From NCBI GenBank assembly GCA_964016885.1, contig OZ024759.1:7006001-7070000 (forward strand): a DNA stretch of 64,000 bases, written 5' to 3'. Source of the stretch: Eledone cirrhosa (lineage: Eukaryota). Of the stretch, positions 1 through 13,899 are shown one piece after another. How positions within the stretch are numbered: position 1 is the stretch's first letter; every line of letters starts with the position of its first letter. The translations under genes and the position numbers were made by a program. The notes beneath the pieces are model-generated. The model was not told the origin of the DNA. It worked only from the letters and a program-made list of their open reading frames with translations, and did no database searches.

Positions 1-278
1 TAAACATTAAAAAAAACCCATAAATTCCCCAAATGTGAGGAGACTCCGAGGTTCACTTGTGGAGAAAGCCCACAAAAACCATGGTCACCCTGACCACTAT
101 GGCAAAGTACCCTCTCCCAGTTGTCCTCCCTTACTACTACAGGCACACACTCAAGGTAGGGTCATTCTTGCCTCTCTCACCTTTCTTTATTGATAAAGAT
201 ATTTCATCTGTTAGAATCGGCTGACTCCGCCAAACCTTGCGTAATGGAATAATTATATTGTATTGTTTATTACATAAT

Positions 279-346
<68 letters not shown>

Positions 347-1263
347 AAAAGAGTCAGGACTCCCACGGCTGAGCTCCGGCCGTTTCGACAGCTAGATCCG
401 AACTAAACTAATATATATATATATGTGTGTGTGCGTGTGTGTAGATATGTATGCACGTATGTCTGCATCTGTGTGTGTGTTTATTTATAGTCTATTCAAA
501 CACTAACCACAACCCTTAATTCTCTCCAGTACAAAAACCCCTTTAAGTATATAGATAGTTTACACCCCTAACCTAGGCTAACCTTCTTCCCTTATCTTTT
601 TTCCTTTTTCTTTTTATTTTAATCCTCTTCGGCAAACCCCCACCCCAGTACAGCACCGCGCTCTTTCATCTCCCATCATACATAGCCCTACCACCTCCAC
701 ACCCAGTACCCTCATAACATACACGCCACAATGTCTTGTTCTTCTTTTTGGTAAATATCATCTTGGTTAAGAGAATGGGACTGGCTTTGTGCAGTGCCTT
801 TGCTCACTATAAAAGCTTCACGGCACAGGCATTGCTTTGTATCTGGAGATCTCTCTGCACTTGTCGTCACATGGTGCCATGGGCCCAGCACTATGTGTCA
901 ATAATTGTCACAGGTGTAGTGTTTGTACCAGAGTTTTCAAGTCGCTGGCTGGACTAAAAAGTCACTTGTTTAGCGCATCGGTAGGGGTTCTCCTACATGG
1001 ATATAAAGTAGTGGCCGTACTCGAAAACGAGTTGGCAGCCACCATATATCTATATATATAAAACTGATGTTGTCTGTGTGTGTGTCCTCATTTTTACAAA
1101 GTCTATACAAATCCACATTTCTACTCCGACTTCAAACTTTATATATTCCTTGCGATCTAAAGATATTAACTGCAGCTTTTATTTTTCAATAATATCTGTC
1201 TGTATGTCTAGCTGTCTGCATAACGGCATTCTGACGAACATTGATGACGTATTATCTTCGCTA

Positions 1264-1358
<95 letters not shown>

Positions 1359-1394
1359 CCTAGATAAATATTGGTTGGCTGGTTTGCACGAAAA

Positions 1395-1471
<77 letters not shown>

Positions 1472-1938
1472 CATATACATCTAAAGAGAGAAAGGGAGAT
1501 GTAGAGAGAGAGTGAGATAGGTCGTTATACAGAGAGAAGTACAAGATATTCAGATAGAGAAAGAGAAAGAGAGAAAGAGAATGGCGAAGAACGCTGGTTC
1601 ACACACACACAAACACATATATATATAAAGACAGTGAGAGAGAGAGGGGGTGAGATCTGCGTGTTCTTTATTGTTCTCCATTCTGTAGAGGAAAAGAGAG
1701 AGGGTATTAGAAAAAAGGGAGAGAGGGGTTGAGAAAGAAAGAAAGAGAGTGAGGAACTTTAACTTTTATTTATTTATCTATTCTTTACACACTGTTCAAC
1801 TCTCGCCTTTCCTCAACCTTACGTCTCTTTCTCTCTTTCACACAACACGTACTGTGACTGTGTGTGTTATATATATTTATGTCCGCGCGCACACACACAC
1901 ACACACACACAAAGACGCATCTCTCTCCCTCTCTCTCT

Positions 1939-1978
<40 letters not shown>

Positions 1979-2329
1979 TCAAAGGGTGTATATATATACT
2001 TAGGCATAGTCACAGATACCTACATGAGTTTGGCAACCATTCACGGTGTGGCTCAATGAAGAATTAATTAAATAATTATTAATCAGAGCTATATATAAAA
2101 ATGTAAGTCCAAAGAATCATTAGATAAAATATATACAGTATTTCCTCTCCCAATCAGTATAAGTTAACCACATAAAAAAATAATTTAAAGAAGGCTATAA
2201 GTTTAAAATGTACTTATGAAGAAACAATAGACAAATAATACAGATTCTTTTCCGCGATGTTCAGCCATATGACACTTATCTAATTTTTTCTTCTAGCTTG
2301 TAAAAATTGACTAGACAAATAGTTAACTA

Positions 2330-2645
2330 CACAGAATTAGGTACAAAATAGAAGTTTGAAGAAAAAATGCACATATTTAAACACCCTGAAAAAAGAACAT
2401 CAACGGCGCTGGCAAATAAAGTATAGGAGTTTAAAGACAGAAACATTCCATACTCTATTGATTGGTCAATTTTAGACCACTCCAGAGAATACCTAAGGGC
2501 CACAAAGAAATGTTCTTTGTGTACAACGGAAAAATTGAGAATTCTTCAAAATCTGAAAACCCCTCCCACTTGCCTCAATTCTAAGACTGAGATCTTCAGA
2601 AGTTGTCCGCACCTGAAATCACACCTCCTTTTTAGCTGTATTAAC
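2330..2645 (+). mobile_element. Penelope-like element C-terminal fragment (decayed)
   Basis: Reads FKHPEKRTSTALANKV*EFKD..IDWSILD..CSLCTTEKLRI..LNSKTEIFRSCPH, typical of PLE GIY-YIG C-termini. Confidence 0.7.
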
Positions 2646-3442
2646 ACAACAACGATCATTCAACCACCTTCAGGTTCCTCTTTACATTTAACCCTTCCAC
2701 TCCCTGCCAATATCATCACTTTATGAACATTACATCTTACCCAGTCCATTATATAAACACATACTTTCTACCAATATATACATTTTTCTCCCTCATGTTT
2801 ATTTATTTATTTCATTTGATTTATAGTTAACGCCCCCCTTTTTTCTACCATACTTCTAACATATACACACCCACCACCTTCATTCTGTCCTCTACTTTTA
2901 GCCAGATCACTTTATAACCACATACCTTTATCCAGACCTGTGTACAAACATTTACTTTCCACCACAATTTATACACCCCTTTTTCCCCCTCACCTGTTCA
3001 TTTTATTTTATTTTAATTATATTCCTCCATGTCCTTACATACCCACCATGTTTTTAAGTGTACTCACAATTGGTTGTATGTGGGTGCATGTGTGTGCGAA
3101 CATATGTGTACATACATATATATATGTGCATATATATATATGTATGTATGTATATGCATGTATGTATGTGCGTGTGTGTTATGCATATATATCTATGCAT
3201 AACTGTGTGTGTGTGTGTATGTACTTTATATATATATATATATTGTTATACTTGGGGAGGCTCATATTGTTGTTATAATATTGCCAGAAATAATAACAGA
3301 ACACACTCACTGTTTGGTTGGTTTTCGCTTCTGTATCTTTTATATCGGTTAATTTAATTCATTTGGTCCTCAATGTTGCCATTGACTGACCAACGGTCAA
3401 AAATACAGATATAATATAGATATAAACACATATATATAGTCT

Positions 3443-3484
3443 AACAAAGTTCTTTCGTTGCACATCTGCAACATCATCAGTGGT
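3443..3484 (-). ncRNA. Degenerate hammerhead, family C (relative at 44941-44980, -)
   Basis: CUGAUGA U GUUGCA-GAUG-UGCAAC GAAAG; the relative has a covarying stem II GUCACA-GAUG-UGUGAC. Confidence 0.55.
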
Positions 3485-3636
3485 ACTATTATGTTCCTCC
3501 TGTTGTATTGTATGTCTACGCCATTTTTATTTTATCTGTTTATGTGCATATATACACCTACCTGCGTGTATGAGTGTGTATATAGTATGTCTACCTATAT
3601 GTATCTACACATACACGCCTGAGCGTGTATGTGTAG

Positions 3637-3686
<50 letters not shown>

Positions 3687-3934
3687 TATGTATATATATA
3701 TATATATGTGTGTGTGTTTATGTGTGTATATATATATATATGTACATGTGTGTATATATATATGTGTGTGTAAATATATATATTTATGTGTGTGTGTGGA
3801 GATTTTCTATTGTGTGTGTTTGTGTGTATGTACGTTTGTTATGTCCCCCCACACTTATTTCGTGTACTTGTATTTGCGGGTAAACGCATATACATATATA
3901 TATATATATGTGTGTATATATATATTTATATATA

Positions 3935-4029
<95 letters not shown>

Positions 4030-4030
4030 A

Positions 4031-4118
<88 letters not shown>

Positions 4119-4710
4119 CATGTTGGCGCGTGTATTTGTATGTATGTATGCGAGGGGGGGGGGGGCTGTACGTATATTATATCCTCATCCTTTTGTTGCG
4201 TACGTGCGTCCGTATATCTGAATGTGTATATGTATATATATATATAAATATATATGTGTGTGTGTGTGTGTGTGGTGTGTGTGTGTATTTGTTTGTGTAT
4301 GTATATATATAAATATATGCATATTGTGTGTGTGTTTGTATGTATACGTTTTTACGTATGTTTATTAATATATACATCTTTTTATACATTTATTTATTCC
4401 CCCACCACCAACACCTTTCGTTTCAACACGTCCCTTTATGCTTTTATTTATAATTTTATATTTGTTTGGGTGGGATTTTATTTATTCATATCTGTTCCCC
4501 TACTACCCCCTCCCCCCAATGTCCCTTGTAGTACCATGCCTTACGTGTGATTAAGCGTAGGTGTGCGTGTGTCTGAACTTTTGTACATCTGTGTATACTT
4601 GCGTACATAGGCAGACATGCGTGTGTATGTTTACACATGTTTGTATGTGGATGAGTAGATATATGTATGTGTGTATGTATGTATGTATATATATACACAA
4701 ATATATACAA

Positions 4711-5122
4711 AAGGCAAAGAGCTCTTAAGAGTCAATGGCCATCCAAAATCACCGGGAGAGATGACCCCTTAGCCTTTGTCAAGGCAGAATTCTAGAAGGA
4801 AAACTCTGATATAACACCTGCAACTCTGATGGTATCCAATGATGTTGACTTGTTCTTCTTTTTGGTAAATATCATCTTGGTTAAGAGAGTGGGACTGGCT
4901 TTGTGCAGTGCCTTTATATCTGGAGATCTCTCTGCACTTGTCGTCACATGTTACCATGGGCCCAGCACTATGTGACAATAATTGTCACAGGTGTAGTGTT
5001 TGTACCAGAGTTTTCAAGTCGCTCGCTGGACTAAAAATCACACTTGTTCAGCGCATCGGTAGGAGTTCTCCTACATGGATATAAAGTAGTGGCCGTACTC
5101 GAAAACGAGTTGGCAGCCGCCA
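4711..5122 (+). mobile_element. Non-autonomous bipartite RTE derivative (other copies at 733-1043 +, 33641-34097 -; related 5' part at 8268-8527)
   Basis: 5' part shares GAGTCAAYGGCCATCCAAA with the RTE 5' UTR at about 16205-16224; 3' part reads CSVCTRVFKSLAGLKSH like the RTE C-terminal finger. Confidence 0.8.
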
Positions 5123-5379
5123 TATATATACACACATATATGTATATATATATATATATATGTATATACAATGATATTATATAAATGGAAACTATATTTA
5201 TAAAACCATATTTATTCTATTATATATATTTCAAGGGTGCCAACAATTTTTGGTACGCTTTCATCAGATAAAATACAAAATGTTTTATAAATATTTGACA
5301 TAACCAAGGATGATATACCTTAACTGTTCAAGTTATCCCTGGAAAATTAAATATCCCCAACAAATTAAATATCTCTTAT

Positions 5380-5454
<75 letters not shown>

Positions 5455-5456
5455 CA

Positions 5457-6113
5457 TAGGTTAAGTTTAACGTCCTCGAAAATGAAAGTGGATTTTCTGA
5501 CAAGTGAATGTTATTTTTGTTTTTTTTACAGTGAAATTTACGATACACTCTTTGTTTATTTACAACAGGTCTCTATAGTGATATGGTGTTAATTAGTATT
5601 GCGTGTGTGATTATTTTCTCTTATATATATATGTGTGGGTGTGTATATGTGTGTATATATATGTGTGTCTGTATGTATATATATATGTGTATTTGTATAT
5701 ATATATATCTGTTTGTGTCATCATCATCGTTTAGATGTTTTTACCCAAATCCCTTATCATTCTCTGTCCTTCTTATGACCCGGCCTTAATTTGTTTATAG
5801 TTGGTGCCAACTTTGGCAAGATATTACAAAAACATCTAAACGATGATGATGACACAAACACATATATATATACAAACACACATATATATATACATACAGG
5901 CACACATATATATACACACATATACACACCCACACATATATATATAAGAGAAAATAATCACACACGCAATACTAATTAACACCATATCACTATAGAGACC
6001 TGTTGTAAATAAACAAAGAGTGTATCGTAAATTTCACTGTAAAAAAAAAGAACAAACACATTCACTTGTCAGAAAATCCACTTTCATTTTCGAGGACGTT
6101 AAACTTAACCTAT
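5457..6113. repeat. Fold-back: about 285-bp inverted repeat with an ~85-bp spacer, between (TA)n tracts
   Basis: 5457-5742 is the reverse complement of 5829-6113. Confidence 0.9.
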
Positions 6114-6206
6114 CCCATATATATATATATATAATTTAATGATATAAACGTTTGAATATGTGTAATAAGGCCAAAACAATTTAATGTATAATAAACAATA
6201 CAATAT

Positions 6207-6284
6207 AATTACCTCATTACCAGAGGTTTCCCGAATAAGACGAATACAAGAAACGTCCTCATTCGTTCGTCAGACAAGGCAATT
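6207..6284 (-). ncRNA. Type I hammerhead ribozyme
   Basis: 11-bp stem I AAUUGCCUUGU/AUGAGGUAAUU, CUGACGA, long stem II CGAAUGAGGACG/CGUCUUAUUCG, GAAAC-CUCUG-GUA. Confidence 0.85.
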
Positions 6285-6537
6285 TAAAACATAGTGAAAT
6301 ATTTGAAAAATCTCCTCAAGAAAGGCAAAAGTTTAACGGGCAAAAAAATATATAAATAAAAGTAATGCAAGAGATATATAAAAATAAAATAAGGAAATAT
6401 AGTAAGGGTATGTGTATAAATGTGTGTATATTCACTCACAAATGTACATATGTGTGTATGTACAAATGGATGTGTATAGTGAAAAAATGTGTGCGTAAGT
6501 ACATATATGAGGGCAAGCATATCAGTGTATGTGTGAC

Positions 6538-6592
<55 letters not shown>

Positions 6593-6632
6593 GATATTAA
6601 TAAATGGAAACTATATTTATAAAACCATATTT

Positions 6633-6695
6633 ATTTCATTATACATATTTCAGGGATACCAAATTAAAATATGGTATGCCTTCATCAGACAAAAT
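6633..6695 (-). ncRNA. Hammerhead, family A (related copy at 5214-5274, -)
   Basis: AUUUUGU CUGAUGA AGGCAUACCA..UGGUAUCCCU GAAA UAUGUA UA AUGAAAU. Confidence 0.75.
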
Positions 6696-6816
6696 ACAAT
6701 ATATAAACAGTTTTATAAATAATTTTGACGTACCCTATTAGATGCAACCATTATTTTTGGAAGCTGTCATCTAATAGGGTACGTCAAAATTATTTATAAA
6801 ACTGTTTATATATTGT

Positions 6817-6879
6817 ATTTTGTCTGAGGAAGGCATACCATATTTTAATTTGGTATCCCTGAAATATGGATAATGAAAT
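6817..6879 (+). ncRNA. Hammerhead, family A, inverted partner of 6633-6695
   Basis: CUGAGGA core with the same stems; right arm of a fold-back at about 6590-6922. Confidence 0.7.
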
Positions 6880-7010
6880 AAATATGGTTTTATAAATATA
6901 GTTTCCATTTATTAATATCGTATATCTACTCCAAAAACTTGTCGAGTGCTTTATATCAGTTATAAAATATTTACTTGTTGTATCCCAACAATTTTAAATA
7001 GAACTTTTGC

Positions 7011-7084
<74 letters not shown>

Positions 7085-7167
7085 CCAATTTTTCACACAA
7101 TACAATTAGTTAGCACCCCCGAACGTTTAATTAGGAATATACTCAGGTATAGAGGATTGTGTATGTG

Positions 7168-7224
<57 letters not shown>

Positions 7225-8576
7225 ATATATATGTATATACAGGCACACAGCAGTCAACTTTCTGCTACCAAGATGAAAACTACTATGAAATCCCACACTG
7301 AATTTTATACTTGAATTTTCAAATCTCAAATTTTAACTCTTCTTATTATTAATTTTTCTTAATATTAATCAACATTTGAAAAGATGGCTTTTGCATCGAA
7401 ACCGGTCATTTTTTATACCCTTTATTCTTTCCTTACCTTATAAAATTATATGTTTTTTCACAAAAAAGTATTCTGTCTCTTATATATTCCATGTGCCATT
7501 ACCAACCTCAATTTTCTCTATAACCTTCGTTTTGTGTAGAAACTTACACTTTTCATATATATGTATGTATATATGTATATATATATATATATGTATGTAT
7601 ATATATGTATATATATATATTTATGTAATCTTGTATCAGTAATGACGGTAATATATATATATATATATATTGCCGAACCCCACGTGGGGTCAGTAATAGC
7701 CATTCCTTGTATTAGCATTGAACAAAAACCTGTTGAAAAAGGGGCTTCCTTGTTCAATCATCTTACCAGAAGCCTGACATTTTTTATGTAAGCGGACAGT
7801 ACTTGATTTAGGAGTCGCAGAAACCCAAATGCTGGATTTTACCAACCTTCCAGGGGTCCGGGTAAATTTTCAATCACAGATATTTTTATATGTTTGACCC
7901 GAATTACTTGATCGTTTCTTTTGGCTGTGCGGATGATTGTTTAACCATCGTCTCGGTGTGTTTGGCCTTTAACGTATGTTGTAGCTCTGGTTCATCTGAA
8001 CCATTGAGCACTTGCCACATATCTCGGAGGTTGTTTTTCGTTATTTCATTGGCCGAAATACGATTCTCGATAATTTATATTTGTATTTATATATATATAT
8101 ATATATGTTTGTGTGTGTGTGTGGGTGTTTGTTTGTATGCATGAGTGTTGGTGTGTGCGCGTGTATGTATGTGTGTCTTGTGCGCGTGTGTATGTCGTAC
8201 GTATGAGTGTCAATAAGTGAGTTTTTTTTTGTTTTGTTTTTCTGTATTCGCGGGGACATAGAAAATAGTCGGGCTGGATATCCGATGGCGCGGTTAAACC
8301 ACTGGGAGTGAAGGACCCCTAGCCCTTGTCAGGGCATTCTCCTAGGAGAAGGCGCATCAGGAAACTGGGATAACTCCGATATAAAACCTGCGGCTCAGTA
8401 GTTACCGATGATGTTGATCTTTTCTTCTTTTCGGGTTATAGCTACTGTTGCTCAGAGAGTGGGATTGGCTCAGTGCACAGTCTTTCCTCGCTTTAAAAAT
8501 ATTCTTCACGCACAGGCATTGCACGATAGAATTAATTAATAATTATTAATAGTGTATTATTATTATTATATATATA

Positions 8577-8770
8577 GGGCGGTGGATTGGCAGTATCGGT
8601 AGAGGGTCGGACGCCATGCTTTGACGTATAGAGTTACGGCCCTTGCCATTCTGAGTTCAAATCCCGCCGAGGTTAACTTTACCTTTCATCCTTACGGGGT
8701 CGATAAAATAAAGTATCAGTAATGCACTGGGTAATTGCTGGCCTTGTGCCAAACGTAGAAACAATTATTG
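8577..8770 (+). mobile_element. tRNA-derived SINE (relatives at about 37230-37420 -, 59740-59920 +)
   Basis: A-box-like TGGCAGTATCGG, B-box GAGTTCAAATCC, conserved CTTTCATCCTTACGGGGTCGATAAAATAAAGTA.CAG body. Confidence 0.8.
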
Positions 8771-8966
8771 GCATTTTTATTTTCTTTCATTATTGTTTCT
8801 GAGATATATACCGAGTGTCTTCCTAACACCTAGGGCAAATAAATTCGCAGTGTGCATTGGTAAGCCACTTAATACAGCACATTGATTATAATTTAAAAAA
8901 ACAAAAACAGTATACATATATACACATGTGCATATACATATGTAAATCGAAGGAGGGTTATCAATC

Positions 8967-9495
8967 TTACAGAGATAGTGCTCTTCTCAATACGTGTGCA
9001 GTACCAGTCAAAACAATTTTTTGCACCTCGTGTAGAGATGGTAAACGAGGAATCATTCTCAAATACTGTTCTGTTCCTTTCTTGATCATTCCCAGTCCTC
9101 CCACAATCACTGGTATTGTAACGGCCTTGAGGTGCCACATTTTCTCAATTTTAATAAGCAGATCTTTATATTTTCGTAGCTTGTCAAATTCTTTTGTCGC
9201 GATATTGTGATCACATGGGATGCTCATATCAATCAATAAACAGACCTTGTTATGTTGGTCTTTTACAATGATATCTGGTCTATTAGCTTTTATGGTCCGG
9301 TCAGTATGTACAGGAAGATCCCAAAGAATTGTTACTTTTCCTCCTTCAGTTACAGCCTCAGGGTGATGATTGTACCACTTGTCTTCAGCTTTGATTTAAT
9401 AATGCCGACATATTACCCAGTGTAGATATTGGCCAACTCTGTCATGTCTATATTTGTACTCTACTTGTACTCTACATCCAGAAACAAAGTGGTCC
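8967..9495 (-). mobile_element. R4/Dong-like non-LTR retrotransposon 3' fragment (restriction-like endonuclease)
   Basis: RHDRVGQYLHW..ILWDLPVHTDRTIKANRPDIIV..LIDMSIPCD..K..KYKDL; 5' junction abuts a TAA/ATT tract. Confidence 0.85.
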
Positions 9496-9639
9496 ATTAT
9501 TATTATTGTTACTATTATTATTACTTTTTTTTTCTTTTCCCAATTCAATGATGTTCCAAAACAATATAAAAGAGATAATTGGCAATAAAGGTTCTGGAAC
9601 AAAAGAGATAATTGGTAATAAGGGCAAGGGCCCCATGTT

Positions 9640-11427
9640 ATCACAGCCTGGGCCCGCTCGTCAACGTGCCATTGTAATAGAGCCAAACAAGGCATTTGGT
9701 CTTGGCTGCTGGAACGTACGGACACTGCTTAACAGGGATTCCTTGGAACGTCCTGAACGAAGGACCGCTCTTGTTGCAAAGGAGCTTCGATGTTACGATC
9801 TTGACATCGTGGCTTTATCTGAGACGAGGTTAGCTGGAGATGGTCATCTTACAGAATTTTGTGGAGAATATACATTCTCCTGGAAAGGAAGAGATGAAGG
9901 AACCAGAAGAGAGGCTGGGGTAGCATTTGCTGTTTAGACTGTTCTTGTGAATAAATTAGAAGAACTCCCAGTAGGGATTAGTGAGCATCTTATGTCCATG
10001 AGAATTCCGCTAGACAAAGGAAGATATGTGACTCTGGTGAGTGCGTATGCTCCAACTATGAATTCTGTCGATGAAGAAAAAGTGTCCTTTTACCATCCCT
10101 TGAAAGGTGTTTTAAGAAATATCCCTCAGGCAGACAAATTCATCGTGCTTGGTGACTTTAATGCTAGAGTGGGTAGGGATTTTAACACATGGAATGTAAT
10201 CGGAAGACATGGGGTGGGAAAGTGTAACAACAATTGTATACTTCTGCTGCAGATGTGTGAGGAGCTGGATCTGTGTGTTACCAACACTATGTTCCAACAA
10301 AAGAACAAATTTAAGACCACATGGATGCATCCTGCATCTAAGGAATGGCATCTTTTGGACTACGTTCTAGTCAGGATGCGTGACAGACAGGATGTGCAGT
10401 GTGTTCGTGCTCTTCGTGGAGCTGAGTGCTGGACGGACCACCGCTTGGTATGCACAAAAGTGAAACTAATCACTAAACGTAAAATCCGGGCTCCTGGTGT
10501 TGCCCTGCCCAAAAGATTGAATGCTACTAGTCTTAGGGATAAAAATGTGAAGAGGGCATTGCGAGAAGAGATGCAGGTTGCAGATCTTGGTGAGGATTGG
10601 CCGACCCTTAAAAAGTCGGTTTATGATGTAGGCAGACGTGTTCTGGGATTGGTGTAGAGAAAACATCAGGACTGGTTTAATGAGAATGATGTACATATAG
10701 AAGACTTGTTGGCTGATAAGAGGCGTGCTCTGTCACGCTACTTGACGGCAAAACCACAGGAGAGGAATACGTTGCATGAGGAACTGAAGGATGTAAAATC
10801 ACGTGTTAGGCGGAGTCTTTCTCAGATGAAGGATCAGTGGTGGAGTGAGAAGGCTGATGAGATACAAACTGCGTCAGATTCCAATAACACAAAGCTGTTG
10901 TACAGTCTCTTGCGTGAAGTTTATGGACCATCTTCTTCTTTGATGACACCACTTCACAGCAAGGATGGCAAAGAACTGCTTCGTGACTCACAAGGAATTC
11001 TACGAAGGTGGCGAGAGCACTTTCAAGAGCTTTGAATCAGCCGTCTGTCGTCAGTGAAGATTTCCTCAATCTCATTCCAGAAAGTCCTGTGAAAGTAGCT
11101 CTCGCAGAACCTCCGACGTTTGTGGAGATTGCAGTGGCTATCTCGAAGCTGAACAGTGGAAGGTCTCCATACATTCAGAGCTCCTACAATGCAGAGCTCC
11201 TACAATATGGTGGTGAGAGACTCCTGCAACATCTTCACTCTTTGTTTGGCAGGATATGGGATAATGAATCCGTACCTGAGGACTGGAGAGATGCAGTAAT
11301 GGTGGTCTTGTACAAGGGAAAGGGTAACAGGAATGATTGTGGGAACTACAGAGGTATATCATTGCTTTCTGTCGTAGGGAAAGTTTTATGTAGGGTGCTT
11401 CATAAAACTTTTCTTTGCTCACGGTAA
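9640..11427 (+). mobile_element. RTE-clade LINE fragment (AP endonuclease plus RT N-terminus) with stop codons
   Basis: GCWNVRTL, DIVALSETR, SAYAPT, LGDFNARVG, WHLLDY, TDH, LYKGKG..CGNYRGISLL. Confidence 0.93.
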
Positions 11428-11439
11428 GAAGAAGAGACT

Positions 11440-11659
11440 GACTAATACATAGTTACAATTTCAAGGAAATCGGTCTGACGTAACGCCTCTAAAAAACCCC
11501 TAAAAATCTTTAAAAACGCAGTTTTTCACCTAATGCGAGCCCTAGGGGATCAAAAAGTTGAATTCTTGTATGTGTATAACACCCCCTGAAACATAAGTAA
11601 TACACATGTAAAGTTTGAAAAAAGTCGGTTGGGTATTTTTCGAGTTTTAGGGATTCAAA

Positions 11660-11738
<79 letters not shown>

Positions 11739-11760
11739 ACAGACATCCTCAGGGAAGTGA
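11440..11760 (+). mobile_element. Probable non-autonomous Helitron/Helentron-like repeat (second copy at 12567-12687; similar at 34195-34350, -)
   Basis: Repeated CCCTGAAACATAAGT..AAAGTTTGAAAA..GTCGGTTGGGT..(CA)n(CAGA)n..TTTTATATATATAGAT layout; classification by resemblance only. Confidence 0.45.
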
Positions 11761-11933
11761 TGTAATGCAGACAGTCAGACATACAGACAGATAGTATAAG
11801 GGCGCGACGTTATATGTATGTATCTATCTAAAAAGAGAAAGACTAAGAATTATAGAGAGAGATCGCTAAATCGCCTAATGCGGTCCCTAGGGCATTGAAA
11901 ATTTGAAATTGTTTTTGCTCAGAACACTCAGAC

Positions 11934-12560
11934 TCAGAAGCTCCCGAGTCTTGCAACGCATGAGGCAATCACAGTGTTCCATTGCGTTCGGTCAGCAGCC
12001 AGTTGCACAGCGTCCCGCCATTGTCTGTTTGTCGCTCGCAGGTCCCTCTCAACTGTCTGGCGCCAGTTCATATTGGGTCGCCCTCTCCGTCTGCTTCCCT
12101 GCGGGCTCCATTTAAGAACTTGGTTCACCAGTCTCTCCGGGGGAAGTCTCAAAGCGTGCCCAAACCAGCCCAGGCGTCGCTTGCAGATGGTAGAAGAGAC
12201 TAGCTGCTGGTTGGTGCGGTTCCTGACTTCCTGGATTGTTACATGGTCACTCCATTTAATCCCCAGGATCTTTCGCAGACATCTGGAATCGAATGCGTCC
12301 AACTTCTTCTCTTGGGTGGTCTTAAGGTGCCATGTTTCACTTCCGTACAAGAGTGTGGACAGCACGTTGCTGTTGTAGAATCTCATTTTTGTTTTGAGGG
12401 TGAACTTCCTGCTCTTCCAGATCTTGTCAAGCTGGTTAAATGCTGCTGAAGCCTTTCCCATTCTACATTGCAGTTCACTGTCCATGGTGCCCTCATTGCT
12501 AATGGAGCTTCCTAGGTAGGTGAAGTTGTCCACTATCTCCACCTCCCCCTGTTCAATGAA
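11934..12560 (-). mobile_element. RTE-like LINE 3' fragment
   Basis: FTYLGS..LLYGSETW..RRLGWFGH..RRRGRP. Confidence 0.9.
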
Positions 12561-13074
12561 GACACTCCCTGAAACATAAGTATTACATGTGTAAAGTTTG
12601 AAAACAGTCGGTTGGGTGTTTCTCGAGTTTTAGGGATTCAAACTCGCACACACACAGACAGACATCCTCAGTTTTATATATATAGATGACCTGTTAACGA
12701 CTACAAAAGCGGGCGGAAATTACCGAAGTCGTTGTTTATGATTTACATAGTAAGCTATGTACCTAAGACGAAGGTGGGCTGTAAATAAAATAAGAATAAG
12801 AAAAAATAGTAATAATAAGTTAACCACAATATACAGTTGTACTTATGTACCATAATTATAAATCGTTATTATAACCACATAAGTTTGGTTGGCTGGACAC
12901 ATACATGAGTGCATATATACATACACACGCATACACATAGCTACATTACATACATATAAATACATATACATTCACACACATAGATGAGTGCATACATACA
13001 TACACACGCATAAACATATGTACATATACATACATAGAAATACATATACTTTTACACACATACAAGAGTGCATA

Positions 13075-13899
13075 CATACATATGATGACATATATACATA
13101 CATATGATGACATATATACATACATATGATGACATATATACATGCATATGATGACATATATACATGCATATGATGACATATATACATGCATATGATGACA
13201 TATATACATACATATGATGACATATATACATACATATGATGACATATATACATACATATGATGACATATATACATACATATGATGACATATATACATACA
13301 TATGATGACATATATACATACATATGATGACATATATACATACATATGATGACATATATACATACATATGATGACATATATACATACATATGATGACATA
13401 CATACATATGATGACATATATACATGCATATGATGACATATATACATACATATGATGACATATATACATGCATATGATGACATATATACATGCATATGAT
13501 GACATATATACATACATATGATGACATATATACATACATATGATGACATATATACATACATATGATGACATATATACATGCATATGATGACATATATACA
13601 TACATATGATGACATATATACATACATATGATGACATATATACATACATATGATGACATATATACATGCATATGATGACATATATACATACATATGATGA
13701 CATATATACATACATATGATGACATATATACATACATATGATGACATATATACATACATATGATGACATATATACATGCATATGATGACATATATACATA
13801 CATATGATGACATATATACATACATATGATGACATATATACATACATATGATGACATATATACATGCATATGATGACATATATACATGCATATGATGAT
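13075..13899. repeat. 22-bp minisatellite (TATGATGACATATATACATRCA), about 37 copies
   Basis: Direct reading; abuts the RTE 3' end. Confidence 0.95.

Noticed and set aside
200-252. Hammerhead relative of 6207-6284
   Set aside because: Flank is similar but the core is decayed (CTGTTAGA, CAAAC); not called as a ribozyme
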